The notes beneath the pieces are model-generated. The model was not told where the DNA came from, did not search any database, and saw only the letters and a list, made by a program, of their open reading frames with translations. A stretch of DNA of 64,000 nucleotides, taken from NCBI GenBank assembly GCA_963802535.1, contig CAWDJI010000032.1, positions 9,317 through 73,316 on the forward strand, read 5' to 3'. The stretch is from an uncultured Alphaproteobacteria bacterium (GTDB taxonomy: Bacteria; Pseudomonadota; Alphaproteobacteria; Rhizobiales; Xanthobacteraceae). A program made the translations under genes and the position numbers. This document shows positions 17,425-27,246 of the stretch, piece after piece. Numbering within the stretch: position 1 is the first letter of the stretch; each line of letters starts with the position of its first letter.

Positions 17425-17814
17425 GGTTCGACCTCATGTCATTCAAGTTACAGGAGAATTTCTGTTCAACAGTATAAACAATCGCGGGACGGAAGTGAAC
17501 CGCCGGGCAAAAAAGGCGATATCCTTCTCCGGATGCCGGAACTCCTAGCATCTTCTTTTGATCCGCGCCCCTGCGACGAAAAATCCACAGGGAATTAAAA
17601 CGGCCGGTTGCCCCGATATTGCCTTTTATGACCCGCATCACGCCCGGCCCGGATGGTCTTGAGGGTGTCTCCTGGGGGGTGAACCGCGCCCGTCGTGATA
17701 GCGACTAATTGGCAACCATCTAAAAATGTCGAAATGCAAGTTTCGAATCGTTAACCACTCGTTTACGCCGGCATCGCAATGCTGGACCAGAAAAGAAATT
17801 GAGAAGTGCAAACT

Positions 17815-18390
17815 ATGTCTGCCCCGAGTTCCAAGATTGGTGAAGCGTTCGGCCAACTCCAGCCTTCCTGCCGCACAACCGCAGCCCATGCGCTCACCGT
17901 CGTGCGCGACGGCGTGATCACCGGCGAAGGCCCGACCACCAAAGGCCGCATCCATTTTTCCCGCGCGCTCGATGCCGATGACGCCGCCTGGTGCGCGCGC
18001 ATCCTGACCGCGACCGCCGTCGAGCATCAGCCGGTCAGCCGTGCGGAGGCCGAGGCGCTGTTTGAAATCAGCGACGCCGCCGCCGAGCGCAGCGACGATG
18101 GCCGGTTCGACGATCTCCTGGCCAAGGCGGTCGCCCATCATGCCGCTTCCGAATCCGGCCTGCCGGTGCCGCCGCGCACGGTCGCTCTCTCGCCCGACAC
18201 CGACATTGCGAGCTGGGCGCCGGCGCACGCCGCCAACATCGACACAAAGGTGCTGGAATGGATCGCCACCCAGATGCGCGGCAAGCGCCGCATCAACCAC
18301 GCGCTGGCCGCGATGGTCGCAACCCTGGTCGGCGCCGCCGCACTGCCGCTGGCACAGCTGCCGGGCGTGCTGGATATGACGATGATGTAA
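17815..18390 (+). CDS. hypothetical protein (acidic, C-terminal hydrophobic segment)
   Basis: ORF track 17806..18390 starts at GTG; the ATG is at 17815. A clear intrinsic terminator follows. The opposite-strand ORF 17638..18597 looks like a GC shadow. Confidence 0.65.
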   Translation: MSAPSSKIGEAFGQLQPSCRTTAAHALTVVRDGVITGEGPTTKGRIHFSRALDADDAAWCARILTATAVEHQPVSRAEAEALFEISDAAAERSDDGRFDDLLAKAVAHHAASESGLPVPPRTVALSPDTDIASWAPAHAANIDTKVLEWIATQMRGKRRINHALAAMVATLVGAAALPLAQLPGVLDMTMM

Positions 18391-18417
18391 TGTCATCTGC
18401 GAATTTGTGATTTTCGA

Positions 18418-18448
18418 AACGGCGGGGATTTTTCTCCGCCGTTTTTTA
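18418..18448 (+). terminator. Rho-independent terminator
   Basis: AAACGGCGGGG-attttt-CTCCGCCGTTTTTT, a GC stem followed by a T-run, 28 nt after the stop. Confidence 0.7.
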
Positions 18449-18476
18449 TTGGGGGGAGGGCCCGGATGTCGCTCAG

Positions 18477-18563
18477 CCGTCATTGCGAGCGAAGCGAAGC
18501 AATCCATTCTTTCGTTGCGCAGCGAGATGGATTGCTTCGTCGCAAGGGCTCCTCGCAATGACG
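18477..18563. repeat. REP family A copy
   Basis: CGTCATTGCGAGCGAAGCGAAGCAATCCATTC..GATGGATTGCTTCGTCGCAAGGGCTCCTCGCAATGACG. Confidence 0.85.
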
Positions 18564-18673
18564 CGGATAGTGTGGCTCCACACTCCGCTGTCGTCACCCG
18601 GCTTGCCGCCTTCGCTAAGCTTCGGCGTGCCGGGTGAGTTCGTGGCCTCGTCGTAGCCTTGGCGGAGACGGGA

Positions 18674-18762
18674 CCGGGTGATCCAGTACGCCGCGGCTTT
18701 TCGGTTCTATCATCACCGTCTCTGGAATACTGGGTCGTCCGGTCAAGCCGGACGATGACAGT
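18674..18762. repeat. REP family C copy
   Basis: GGGTGATCCAGTACGCCGCGGCTTTTCGGTTCT..GTCTCTGGAATACTGGGTCGTCCGGTCAAGCCGGACGATGAC. Confidence 0.7.
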
Positions 18763-18923
18763 TGAATATGAGGCCGCATTCTCCCGATTTGTTGTTGTGC
18801 GTGATTCACGGCAACTCCCCGTCAGGCAGAAAACCGGTTTGCGGGCTGGGCGTCCCTTGATAGCTTGATCGCTCCATCTCGAGTTGTGCTGTCTCCCCCG
18901 AAACGACCCGGAGCGCGCTGCAA

Positions 18924-20615
18924 ATGCGGTTATGCCTTCTGCTTTTTTTGATCGCCGCCGTCACGACGGGCCGGGCAGGGGTGGCGATGGCCGAAGCGGG
19001 CTCGCCGGAGGAGTCCGCCAGGGTCGATCAATTGTTTGCCAATTGGGACCAGCCGACTTCGCCGGGCTGTGCGGTGGCCGTCATGCGGGACGGGAAAATC
19101 ATCCATGCGCGCGGCTACGGAATGGCCGATCTCGAGCACAATGTGAAGATAACGCCTGCGACGGTTTTCCACGTCGCGTCGATGTCAAAGCAGTTCACCG
19201 TCGCGGCCGTGCTGATGCTGGCGCAGGAGGGCAAGCTCTCGCTCGATGATCCCGTTAAGAAATACGTGCCGGAGCTGCCCGATTTCGGGGTGCCGATCAC
19301 GCTCCGTCATCTGGTGCATCACACCAGCGGCTTGCGCGACCAGTGGGAATTGCTGGGCCTTGCCGGCTGGCGCTATTCGCTCGACTTGATCACCGATGCC
19401 GATGTCCTGAAAGTCCTGGCGCGCCAGAAGACGCTCAATTTCCCGCCGGGCTCGAAACACCTTTATTCCAACACCGGCTACACCTTGCTGGCGCAGGTCG
19501 TGAAGCGCGTCAGCGGCCAATCGTTTCGAAGCTTTACCGGAACACGGATATTTTCACCGCTTGGAATGTCGCGCAGCCATTTCCGGGACGATCATGCCGA
19601 AATCGTCAAGGACATCGCCTATGGCTATGCGCCCCGCGGTGGCGATGTCGGTTTCGGCCTGAGCATTCCCAATTTCGACACGGTCGGTGCAACCAGTCTT
19701 TTGACGACGGTCGAGGATCTGGCGCTCTGGGATGAAAATTTCTACAGCGCCGGTGTCGGCGGCGCGGCGTTGGTCAAGCAGTTGCAGGAGCGGGGATCCC
19801 TCAACGACGGCACGCAGCTCAGCTATGCCGGCGGCCTCGAGATCGGAAAATACCGTGGCCTGAACACCGTCGACCATTCCGGCAGGGATGCCGGTTACCT
19901 GGCTGATCTGATCCGGTTTCCGGATCAGCATTTTTCAGTCGCTGTCCTGTGCAACCTGGCAAGCACCAATCCGAGCGGCTTGACGCGGCGAATTGCGGAT
20001 ATTTATCTCGCGCCCTTGTTGCGCGCCCGCGGCGGGGCGGCTGACGTCGCGGCGCTGTCGCCGCAGCCTGACGGCGAGCAGCTGAAGAAATGGGACGGAC
20101 TGTATGTCAATCCCGGCGAAGGCGATCGGGTGTTGCGCGTGCGCATGGGTGGAGGCAATCTGCGCAGCGGCCTCGAGATCGACGGCAACCTTTCCGATCT
20201 GGAAGCAACCAGCGACGCCCGGTTTCGTTACATCAATGCGCCCCAGACCGAGCTGGTGTTCCAGGATGGCGACAATGGCGCGCCGGCCTCTCTGACGACC
20301 TATATCGGCGGAAAGCTGCAGTATCGCTACGCACGCGCGCCATCGTATGAGCCGACGGAAGCCCAGTTGCAGGAGTTCACCGGCATTTATCGCAGCGATG
20401 AAATCGATTTGCCGTATGACATGATCCTTCGGGATGGAAAGCTTCTGATTCGTTCCCTGAAATCGAATGATCTGGCATTGCTTCCGGTTTCGACAGATCT
20501 GTTCAGCGCCAGGGGCAATCGCATCAGGTTTACCCGCGATGCACAGGGCAAGGTAACAGGCGCGTTACTCAATACCGCCCGCGTGCAAAACTTCCGGTTC
20601 GAACGGACGCCGTGA
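18924..20615 (+). CDS. serine hydrolase (beta-lactamase/PBP-like, class C-type fold) with a C-terminal extra domain
   Basis: 563 aa with a signal peptide, SxxK motif ASMSKQFT and YxN motif YSNTGY. Confidence 0.9.
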   Translation: MRLCLLLFLIAAVTTGRAGVAMAEAGSPEESARVDQLFANWDQPTSPGCAVAVMRDGKIIHARGYGMADLEHNVKITPATVFHVASMSKQFTVAAVLMLAQEGKLSLDDPVKKYVPELPDFGVPITLRHLVHHTSGLRDQWELLGLAGWRYSLDLITDADVLKVLARQKTLNFPPGSKHLYSNTGYTLLAQVVKRVSGQSFRSFTGTRIFSPLGMSRSHFRDDHAEIVKDIAYGYAPRGGDVGFGLSIPNFDTVGATSLLTTVEDLALWDENFYSAGVGGAALVKQLQERGSLNDGTQLSYAGGLEIGKYRGLNTVDHSGRDAGYLADLIRFPDQHFSVAVLCNLASTNPSGLTRRIADIYLAPLLRARGGAADVAALSPQPDGEQLKKWDGLYVNPGEGDRVLRVRMGGGNLRSGLEIDGNLSDLEATSDARFRYINAPQTELVFQDGDNGAPASLTTYIGGKLQYRYARAPSYEPTEAQLQEFTGIYRSDEIDLPYDMILRDGKLLIRSLKSNDLALLPVSTDLFSARGNRIRFTRDAQGKVTGALLNTARVQNFRFERTP

Positions 20616-20649
20616 TAGGCTTTGCGCCCCAACAACAAACGAGAAAAAC

Positions 20650-21549
20650 ATGACAGGCAAGCGCGTGGTGTTCACCGGGGGAACCGGCAAGGCGGGCAGG
20701 CACGTGCTGCCGCATTTGAAGAGCAGGGGCTACGAGCTGCTCAATGTCGACCTTAGGCCGTTCGACCATCCCGGCATCGGCACCCTGATCGCGGATCTCT
20801 CGGATAGCGGCCAGGCCTTCAACGCCCTGACCACGCATTTCGGTTTCAATGGTTTTGAAGACGGACGGCCTCCGGCGGCACCCGACGCCGTGGTGCATTT
20901 TGCCGCGATACCGCGGGTCCTGATCGAGCCCGATAACGAGACGTTCCGCGTCAACACCATCAGCACCTATAATGTGATCGAGGCCGCCGCAAAGCTCGGC
21001 GTCCGCAAGATCGTGATCGCCTCCAGCGAGACCACCTATGGGGTCTGCTTTGCCGAAGGCGACAAGAATTTCAAAAGCCTTCCGCTCGAGGAGGATTACG
21101 ACACCGATCCGATGGATTCCTACGGGTTGTCCAAGGTTTTGAACGAAAAGACCGCGCGTGCCTTTGCGATGCGCTACGGCATCGACATCTATGCGCTGCG
21201 GATCGGCAACGTCATCGAGCCGCATGAGTACGACCGCTTTCCGGCCTTCCTGGCCGATCCGCCGTCGCGGAAACGCAACGCCTGGGCCTATATCGACGCC
21301 CGCGACCTCGGTGAGATCGTGCATCTGGCGATCCAGAAAGATGGGCTCGGCTTCCAGGTCTTCAACGCCGTCAACGATACCATCACGGCGAACATGCCGA
21401 CCCGCGAATTCCTGAACCGCTATTGCCCCAACACGCCGGTCACGCGCGAACTCGGCGAATACGAAGCGCCATTGTCGAACCGCAAGGCGCGCGAAGTGTT
21501 GGGATTCAAGGAAGCGCATAATTGGCGCAAATACGTCAAGGCAGGATAG
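20650..21549 (+). CDS. NAD-dependent epimerase/dehydratase family protein
   Basis: 299 aa with N-terminal Rossmann motif VVFTGGTGKAGRHV, SDR YxxxK (YGLSKVL) and an extended-SDR pattern. Confidence 0.9.
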   Translation: MTGKRVVFTGGTGKAGRHVLPHLKSRGYELLNVDLRPFDHPGIGTLIADLSDSGQAFNALTTHFGFNGFEDGRPPAAPDAVVHFAAIPRVLIEPDNETFRVNTISTYNVIEAAAKLGVRKIVIASSETTYGVCFAEGDKNFKSLPLEEDYDTDPMDSYGLSKVLNEKTARAFAMRYGIDIYALRIGNVIEPHEYDRFPAFLADPPSRKRNAWAYIDARDLGEIVHLAIQKDGLGFQVFNAVNDTITANMPTREFLNRYCPNTPVTRELGEYEAPLSNRKAREVLGFKEAHNWRKYVKAG

Positions 21550-21570
21550 CAGCCTCGGTGCCGTTTTCGC

Positions 21571-21612
21571 GCGGCCGGGCATTTTGCGGAAATCCGTAAA
21601 ACGCCCGGCCGC
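21571..21612. terminator. long near-perfect hairpin between convergent genes (probable bidirectional terminator)
   Basis: GCGGCCGGGC-A-TTTTGCGGA-AA-TCCGTAAAA-C-GCCCGGCCGC. It has about 19 pairs with one A.C mismatch and one G.U pair. Confidence 0.55.
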
Positions 21613-21654
21613 TCCGACCCCGGCAAGAACGCCGTCGGTCGGATTGCCGATCAA

Positions 21655-24543
21655 TCAGACCAGGTAGAAATCATTCGCGTGCGCCTGCAACTGCGCAAGC
21701 GTCACATGCGTAAGCGTAATGGTATTGCCATGGGTATCGTCGATGACGGCACCATTGACGGTGTCCGTGGTGTGGTGGTTCAGGATATCCGCAACGCTTG
21801 AGAAGATCGACTTGTCGAGCTGGATCGCGTCGTTGTGGACATCGAAATCGGTGATGGTGTTGGCTCCGAAATCGGGACGGAACAGGAAGGTGTCGGGCCC
21901 ACCACCACCCGTCATCGTATCCATGACGCCGCCGACCAGGACATCGGGGCTGTTGCCGCCGATCAGCACGTCGTGTCCCGCCGAGCCATCCAGCACTTGC
22001 TTGCCGTTGCCGCCATTCAGCGTGGTATTGGCGCCAGCCAGATAATCGACGTTCGGATTGGTGACGATGATGCTCAGGGTCGAGGTATCGGTCCCGCCGT
22101 GTCCATCGGCTACTGTGTAGGTGAAGGTGTCCTGCGCGACGATCTTTGGCGGCAGGCCGCCCTTGTCGGCCGTATAGACGTAACTGCCGTCGGCATTGAT
22201 GACCACCGATCCATAGGTGCCGGCGATGGAGTGGCCGACATTTGCCGCTGAGCCGGCGACCGCGCCCACGAACAAATGGCCCTGGTCGTGGATATCGGGA
22301 TCGGTGTCGTTGGAAAGCAGCCCGTTGGCGGCCGAGACCGAAAGGGTCGACTTCTTGGCCGTGGCATTGCTGTCCGCAGCGGCGATCGGATCGTCATTGG
22401 CGCCATTGATCGTCACCACGACGTTCTGTGTCGTGACGCCTCCATTGTGGTCATCGATGACAACAGGCGTGGAGACCGTCAGCGTTTCGCCGCCGGAAAG
22501 GAAGTCGAGATTGCTATCGACGATATCGTAGTGCCAGTCGATGTTGCCGGTGTTGGTATTGCCGGCCTCGGCGCTGATCGAGACGGCCGACTCCAACGCC
22601 GCGATCTGGGCCGGTGTCAGTTCCGCGGTGAAGTCATGCGTGGCATCCTGCCAGGTGACGGTTTCGCCCGCGGTATTGATCGTAGCCGTCGGACGGTCGT
22701 TAAAGTCGGGATCGATGAAGGCAACGACGCCGGCGGTCGAATCCACCGCTGAACTGCCGGTCGCGCCGGGAAGTTCACTGATCGCATTGGTCAGGATCGA
22801 GGCTCCGGCATCGATCAAGGGCGTATCATTGGTTCCCGTGAAGACCACCTTTACCTGCTGGGTCGAGGTGTCGCTAAAGGGTGACCCGGTGTGATGATCT
22901 GCGAGGGTGATATCGTAGACCGCGGTCAAGGTCTCGCCCACGGCGAGGAAGTCGACGTTGCGGTCCGCCAGACCGAATTGCCAGGCGAGCGTACCGGCGG
23001 TGCCGTCGAGGCTGATTGAAGCGGACATCGCGGCTGCCAACGCAGCCTGGGTTGCGAGCGGGATCGATCCACCGCCGGACCAGGCTGCGGAATTCAGGCT
23101 GGCGCTGGCGGTGTGGGTATCGCCGACATCGGCATCGGTGAACGACATCGTGCCGGAAACCTGGTCCGCCGTCGCCGAGTTCGTGGTTGCGGACAATTCG
23201 GTCAGCGGATGCGGGGAACCTGGGTCGGGGGACAGCACCGGCGCGGCGTTTCCGATCAGCGTGACGCGGTAGGTGCCCGAATTGATATCCTGGACCTTGC
23301 CGCCGACCGACTCCGGCGCCGTGCCGATCGAGCCGACATCGACGAAGAAGGTGCCGCTGAGGCCGAATCCGGTCAGCAGCAGCGCGTTGTTGCCGGTGCC
23401 GCTATCATCGTTGGTGAACATCGGCGTGGAGGTGTCACGGCTCGGGCTGGCGCCGCCGTAGAGGGCAAGGAAGGGATCGGCGAGCGTGCCGGCGCCGGTG
23501 GCGGCCCCTTCGATGCTGATGGCGTAGTGCTTGGTTGGATCGAGCACGATCTTGAACCAGTCGTGGTCGCCCTGGAGCTCGAGGTTGCCGTTGATGGCAT
23601 TGGTGGCGCCGGCGTTGAGGACCGTGGTCGCCGCCGTGTTGCTCTGGTTGTGATCGTCGAGGCCGTTGACCCGGGTCCAGCCGAGCGCGTCGAGGATGCG
23701 CAGGCCGCTCTGGGTGACGGCGTTGATCACGCCGGTCTGGCCGTCCGCGAAGGAGTTGCGCGGGTCGGCGGAACTCGACGGATCGGAGATGTCGCCGCTA
23801 TTGTCGAGCACGCGGTTCAGATTGGCGTCTCCGGTCGTGCCGGAGAAGGAGAACAGATTGTTACCGCCGGTTTCCAGCATCGCCAGGGAGCCGCCGGAGG
23901 TGTAATGGAACAGGTCCATGAGATTGTAATCGTTGGTCGACCCGCCCGATGGAACCGACCCGCCGCTCATGATGCGACCCATCAGGCCCTCGGTGATCTC
24001 GTGGGCGAGCACGGCGAAAGCATCGAAGCCGTTGGCGCCGATGCCGTCCGAGCGGTCGAAATCGAAGAAGGTGCCATTGGGCAGGTCGCTGGCGAGCGTG
24101 ATGGTCGCGTCTGCGCCGAGATTGTCACTGGCGCCGACGCCGTTGAGGCCGAGCAGCTTCTCCTGGCCGTTGGTCACGAGATAGCGATCGGTATTGCTGC
24201 CGGTCGTCGGCGCGGGATCGGTCGCCGGCAAAGCGGCGATCGCAGCGGCATCATCGCCGGGATTGGCATCGTTGGTCGACGCGTGACTGATCAGGGCGTT
24301 TCGGAGATCGGCATAGCTCACGGTGTGGAGCGGGAAGTTGTTGCTGCCGAGCGTGAAGCCGCCGCTGACGTAGCCGGGATTGAGCGCCTGCCAGTCGAAC
24401 GACACGTTCAGGGTAACGGTGTCGCTGAACTGCTGGTTGAAAAAAGCTTCGACCGCGTTGACGAGGTTCGTGAAGGTGGTCTGGAAAGCTGCCGTTTGAG
24501 AGGTGATGCCACCAAGATACGTGTTGTTGAAGGTGATCGACAT
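21655..24543 (-). CDS. large secreted VCBS/cadherin-like repeat protein with a C-terminal RTX (T1SS-type) region
   Basis: 962 aa with no signal peptide. The N-terminal domain has AHEITEGLMGR. Also a PPC-like segment (GDHDWFKI), VCBS-like repeats (..DADVGDTHT.., ..GTLAWQFGLADRNVDFLAVGETLTAVYDITLAD..), and ..NDDPIAAADS..LLSNDTDPD..TFTYTVADGHGGTDTSTLSIIV.. The Gly/Asp nonapeptide-like tail is GGNGKQVLDGSAGHDVLIGGNSPDVLVGG..GGGGPDTFLF. Confidence 0.9.
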   Translation of the reverse strand: MSITFNNTYLGGITSQTAAFQTTFTNLVNAVEAFFNQQFSDTVTLNVSFDWQALNPGYVSGGFTLGSNNFPLHTVSYADLRNALISHASTNDANPGDDAAAIAALPATDPAPTTGSNTDRYLVTNGQEKLLGLNGVGASDNLGADATITLASDLPNGTFFDFDRSDGIGANGFDAFAVLAHEITEGLMGRIMSGGSVPSGGSTNDYNLMDLFHYTSGGSLAMLETGGNNLFSFSGTTGDANLNRVLDNSGDISDPSSSADPRNSFADGQTGVINAVTQSGLRILDALGWTRVNGLDDHNQSNTAATTVLNAGATNAINGNLELQGDHDWFKIVLDPTKHYAISIEGAATGAGTLADPFLALYGGASPSRDTSTPMFTNDDSGTGNNALLLTGFGLSGTFFVDVGSIGTAPESVGGKVQDINSGTYRVTLIGNAAPVLSPDPGSPHPLTELSATTNSATADQVSGTMSFTDADVGDTHTASASLNSAAWSGGGSIPLATQAALAAAMSASISLDGTAGTLAWQFGLADRNVDFLAVGETLTAVYDITLADHHTGSPFSDTSTQQVKVVFTGTNDTPLIDAGASILTNAISELPGATGSSAVDSTAGVVAFIDPDFNDRPTATINTAGETVTWQDATHDFTAELTPAQIAALESAVSISAEAGNTNTGNIDWHYDIVDSNLDFLSGGETLTVSTPVVIDDHNGGVTTQNVVVTINGANDDPIAAADSNATAKKSTLSVSAANGLLSNDTDPDIHDQGHLFVGAVAGSAANVGHSIAGTYGSVVINADGSYVYTADKGGLPPKIVAQDTFTYTVADGHGGTDTSTLSIIVTNPNVDYLAGANTTLNGGNGKQVLDGSAGHDVLIGGNSPDVLVGGVMDTMTGGGGPDTFLFRPDFGANTITDFDVHNDAIQLDKSIFSSVADILNHHTTDTVNGAVIDDTHGNTITLTHVTLAQLQAHANDFYLV

Positions 24544-24615
24544 GACTGAACCCTCCTCGAGGAAAAACGTGGATGGCAGAAATGGATGTTGACTGTCTCA
24601 ATCTTGCGCTTGGAT

Positions 24616-24637
24616 GTCTGTGAAGTTCTTCACAGAC
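24616..24637. promoter_or_regulatory. perfect palindrome GTCTGTGAAG-TT-CTTCACAGAC (candidate operator)
   Basis: 10-bp arms, lying 73-94 nt upstream of the RTX gene start in the divergent, lower-GC intergenic region. Confidence 0.3.
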
Positions 24638-24732
24638 GTCGCATTAAAGCTTTGGACTTCGCGTGTCGGCTTCGCGTCGAATATGTGAACGCCGTCTGTT
24701 TCGAAGGCGCGCGTCGATTGTTGGAGGCGGCG

Positions 24733-24767
24733 GATGTTGCTACGCTGACCCTTAAAGATGTTGCTAC
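24733..24767 (+). promoter_or_regulatory. direct repeat GATGTTGCTAC x2 (24-nt period)
   Basis: Identical 11-mers at 24733-24743 and 24757-24767, about 130 nt upstream of the PLP-enzyme gene. Confidence 0.25.
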
Positions 24768-24893
24768 TCCAATTCCTAGAATTTGACGGGAACTGTCTGC
24801 TTCCCGACATCATCCATCCGTTCCTGATCGCGCCGACATCGCGGAAGTATCCGACAAAGGGCAGCGTTCCTGACCCAGAGAGCGAGGCAGTCC

Positions 24894-26178
24894 ATGGCCA
24901 AACCGTTTCCGTCGAAGACCCATATCGGCAACCACATGCTGCATCCGGAAACCCTGATGCTGAACTACGGCTACGATCCGCAATTGTCGGAAGGCGCCGT
25001 CAAGCCGCCGGTGTTCCTGACCTCGACCTTCGTGTTCCGCACCGCCGAAGATGGACAGGATTTCTTCGACTACGTCTCAGGCCGGCGCGAGCCGCCCGAG
25101 GGCATGGGCGCGGGACTGGTCTATTCGCGGTTCAACCATCCCAACAGCGAGATCGTCGAGGACCGCCTTGCGATCTACGAACGCACCGAGAAATGCGCGC
25201 TGTTCTCCTCCGGCATGTCGGCGATCTCGACCGCGATCCTCGCCTTCGTCCGTCCCGGCGACGTCATCCTGCACTCGCAGCCGCTCTATGGCGGCACTGA
25301 AACACTGTTTTTGAAGACGCTGGCAGGTCTCTCGATCGGATCGGTGGGTTTTGCCGATGGTATCGACGAAGCCTCGGTCCAGTCAGCAGCAGAAGAAGCG
25401 ATGCGCAAGGGTCGGGTGTCGATGATCTTTATCGAAACCCCCGCCAATCCCACCAATGGCCTGGTCGATATCGCGATGATCCGCCGGGTCGCCGACAACA
25501 TCGGCGAGGCCCAGGATCACGTGCCGATCATCGCTTGCGACAATACGCTGTTGGGCCCGGTGTTCCAGCGGCCGATCGAACACGGCGCGGATTTGTCGCT
25601 GTATTCGCTGACCAAATATATTGGCGGTCATTCCGACTTGATCGCGGGCGCGGCGCTTGGCTCGAAGGAGCTGATGAAGGACGTCAAGGCGCTGCGCGGC
25701 GCGATCGGCACCCAACTGGATCCGCATTCCTGCTGGATGCTCGTCACGCTCGCTGGAAACGCTGAGCATCCGCATGGAAAAAGCCGACCGCAATGCGCAA
25801 CAGGTGGCGGATTTCCTCCGTGACCACGTCAAGGTGGCGAAGGTGCACTACCTTGGCCACCACGACGAGGCATCCGCGGCCGGCCGGCTGTTCGCGCATC
25901 AATGCACCGGCGCCGGCTCGACCTTTTCGTTCGACATCAAAGGCGGGCAGGCGGCGGCGTTCAAATTTCTCAACGCGCTGCAGATTTTCAAGCTCGCCGT
26001 CAGTCTCGGTGGTACCGAGTCGCTGGCGAGCCTGCCCGCAAGCATGACCCACTCCGGCGTTCCCGTCGGTATCCGCCAGAAGATAGGCATCCTGGATTCG
26101 ACGATCCGGCTGTCGATCGGGATCGAGCACCCGTCCGATCTGATCGCTGACATCGCGCAGGCGTTGAACGTGGCGTAG
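24894..26178 (+). pseudogene. Cys/Met-metabolism PLP-dependent enzyme (trans-sulfuration family), apparent +1 frameshift
   Basis: ORFs 24894..25823 and 25774..26178 are the N- and C-halves of one enzyme (PLP-Lys motif [17 protein letters not shown]; C-half ..[19 protein letters not shown]..). The junction is ..DPHSCWML / [14 protein letters not shown].. at ~25741-25746. Confidence 0.8.
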
Positions 26179-26180
26179 CC

Positions 26181-27206
26181 TTATGACGGGACGGGCGCAT
26201 CGCGATCGAGCAGGTGCTGCGCCTTGAGATCGGCCCAGAGCGCCGACGGCACCTGGCGGGAGAGGGCGGCGGCGTTGCGCTCGACCTCTTGCGGGTTTTG
26301 CGCGCCCAGCACCACGCTCGCTACCGCCGGGTGGCCAAGCGCGAAATGCAGTGCGGCGGTCGGCAAGGCCACGCCATGGGCATCGCAAACGCGCTGGAGT
26401 TCGGCCACCTTCGCCATGATGTCCGGCGGCGCATCTTTGTAATTGTATTTGGCGCCGGCTACGGCGCCGGTGGCGAGAATGCCCGAATTGAAGACACCGC
26501 CGAGCATGATTCCGATGCCTTGCTTGAGCGCGAGCGGCATGAACTCAGCCAGCGCCGGTTGCTCCAGCAGCGAATAGCGGCCGGCGAGCAGCATGGTGTC
26601 GAACGATCCGGCTTTTGCGAAACGCACGCACATCTCGGCCTCGTTGACGCCGACGCCGATGCCCTTGACCACGCCTTCGCCGCGAAGCTTGTCGAGCGCG
26701 ACATAGGCGCCGGTCATCGCTTCGCGAAAGCGGTCCTCGATAGCGTCAGCGCCGTGGGTCCAGACATCGACGTCGTGGATCAGCAGCAGGTCGAGCCGGT
26801 CGGTGCCGAGCCGCGACAGCGATTGCTCCACCGAACGCATGGTGCCGTCATAGGAATAATCGACCACGAAGCGATGCGGGTGGCCACCGACAAAGCCGGA
26901 CGCGTCATTCGGCGCGTGGAACGGGTCCATCCAGCGCCCCACCTTGGTGCAGACCACGACGCTCTCGCGCGGCACACGGCGCAGCGCCGTGCCGCAGCGG
27001 TGTTCGGCGAGGCCGCGGCCATAGAGCGGGGACGTGTCGAGCAGGTTGACGCCGAGTTCGAACGCCCGCTCGGCCGCTGCGATCGCGGTGGCGTCGTCGA
27101 GCCGCGCGAAGAGATCGCCGAGCGGCGCGGTTCCGAAGCCGAGTGTCGAGACCTGAAGCCCGGTTCGGCCCAGGGCGCGACGCGGCAGCGTGGAAGATGG
27201 AGTCAT
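26181..27206 (-). CDS. aldo/keto reductase family oxidoreductase
   Basis: 341 aa. Contains LGRTGLQVSTLGFGTAPLG..LLDTSPLYG..DLLLIHD.., the typical AKR pattern. Confidence 0.9.
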   Translation of the reverse strand: MTPSSTLPRRALGRTGLQVSTLGFGTAPLGDLFARLDDATAIAAAERAFELGVNLLDTSPLYGRGLAEHRCGTALRRVPRESVVVCTKVGRWMDPFHAPNDASGFVGGHPHRFVVDYSYDGTMRSVEQSLSRLGTDRLDLLLIHDVDVWTHGADAIEDRFREAMTGAYVALDKLRGEGVVKGIGVGVNEAEMCVRFAKAGSFDTMLLAGRYSLLEQPALAEFMPLALKQGIGIMLGGVFNSGILATGAVAGAKYNYKDAPPDIMAKVAELQRVCDAHGVALPTAALHFALGHPAVASVVLGAQNPQEVERNAAALSRQVPSALWADLKAQHLLDRDAPVPS

Positions 27207-27246
27207 GTCGAAGGCTTTCCTTGAATTTCGCTTGAGTTTCTTCGCA

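Noticed and set aside
16672-18763. REP copies as a CRISPR-like array.
   Set aside because: The copies are kilobases apart, irregularly spaced, belong to different families and orientations, and are themselves long hairpins. There are no cas genes.
18854-18868. FixK/FNR-type box (TTGATagctTGATC) upstream of the serine hydrolase gene.
   Set aside because: The second half-site is GATC rather than TCAA, so it does not fit TTGA-N6-TCAA.
24640-24893. Possible SAM-II/SAM-V type riboswitch upstream of the Cys/Met-metabolism PLP gene (an AAAGCU element at ~24646 and GUUGCUAC repeats).
   Set aside because: I could not assemble the expected pseudoknot pairing. The AAAGCU lies about 245 nt from the ATG and in the wrong order relative to the other elements. 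An Infernal/Rfam scan would be decisive, and a hit to SAM-II or SAM-V would overturn this rejection.
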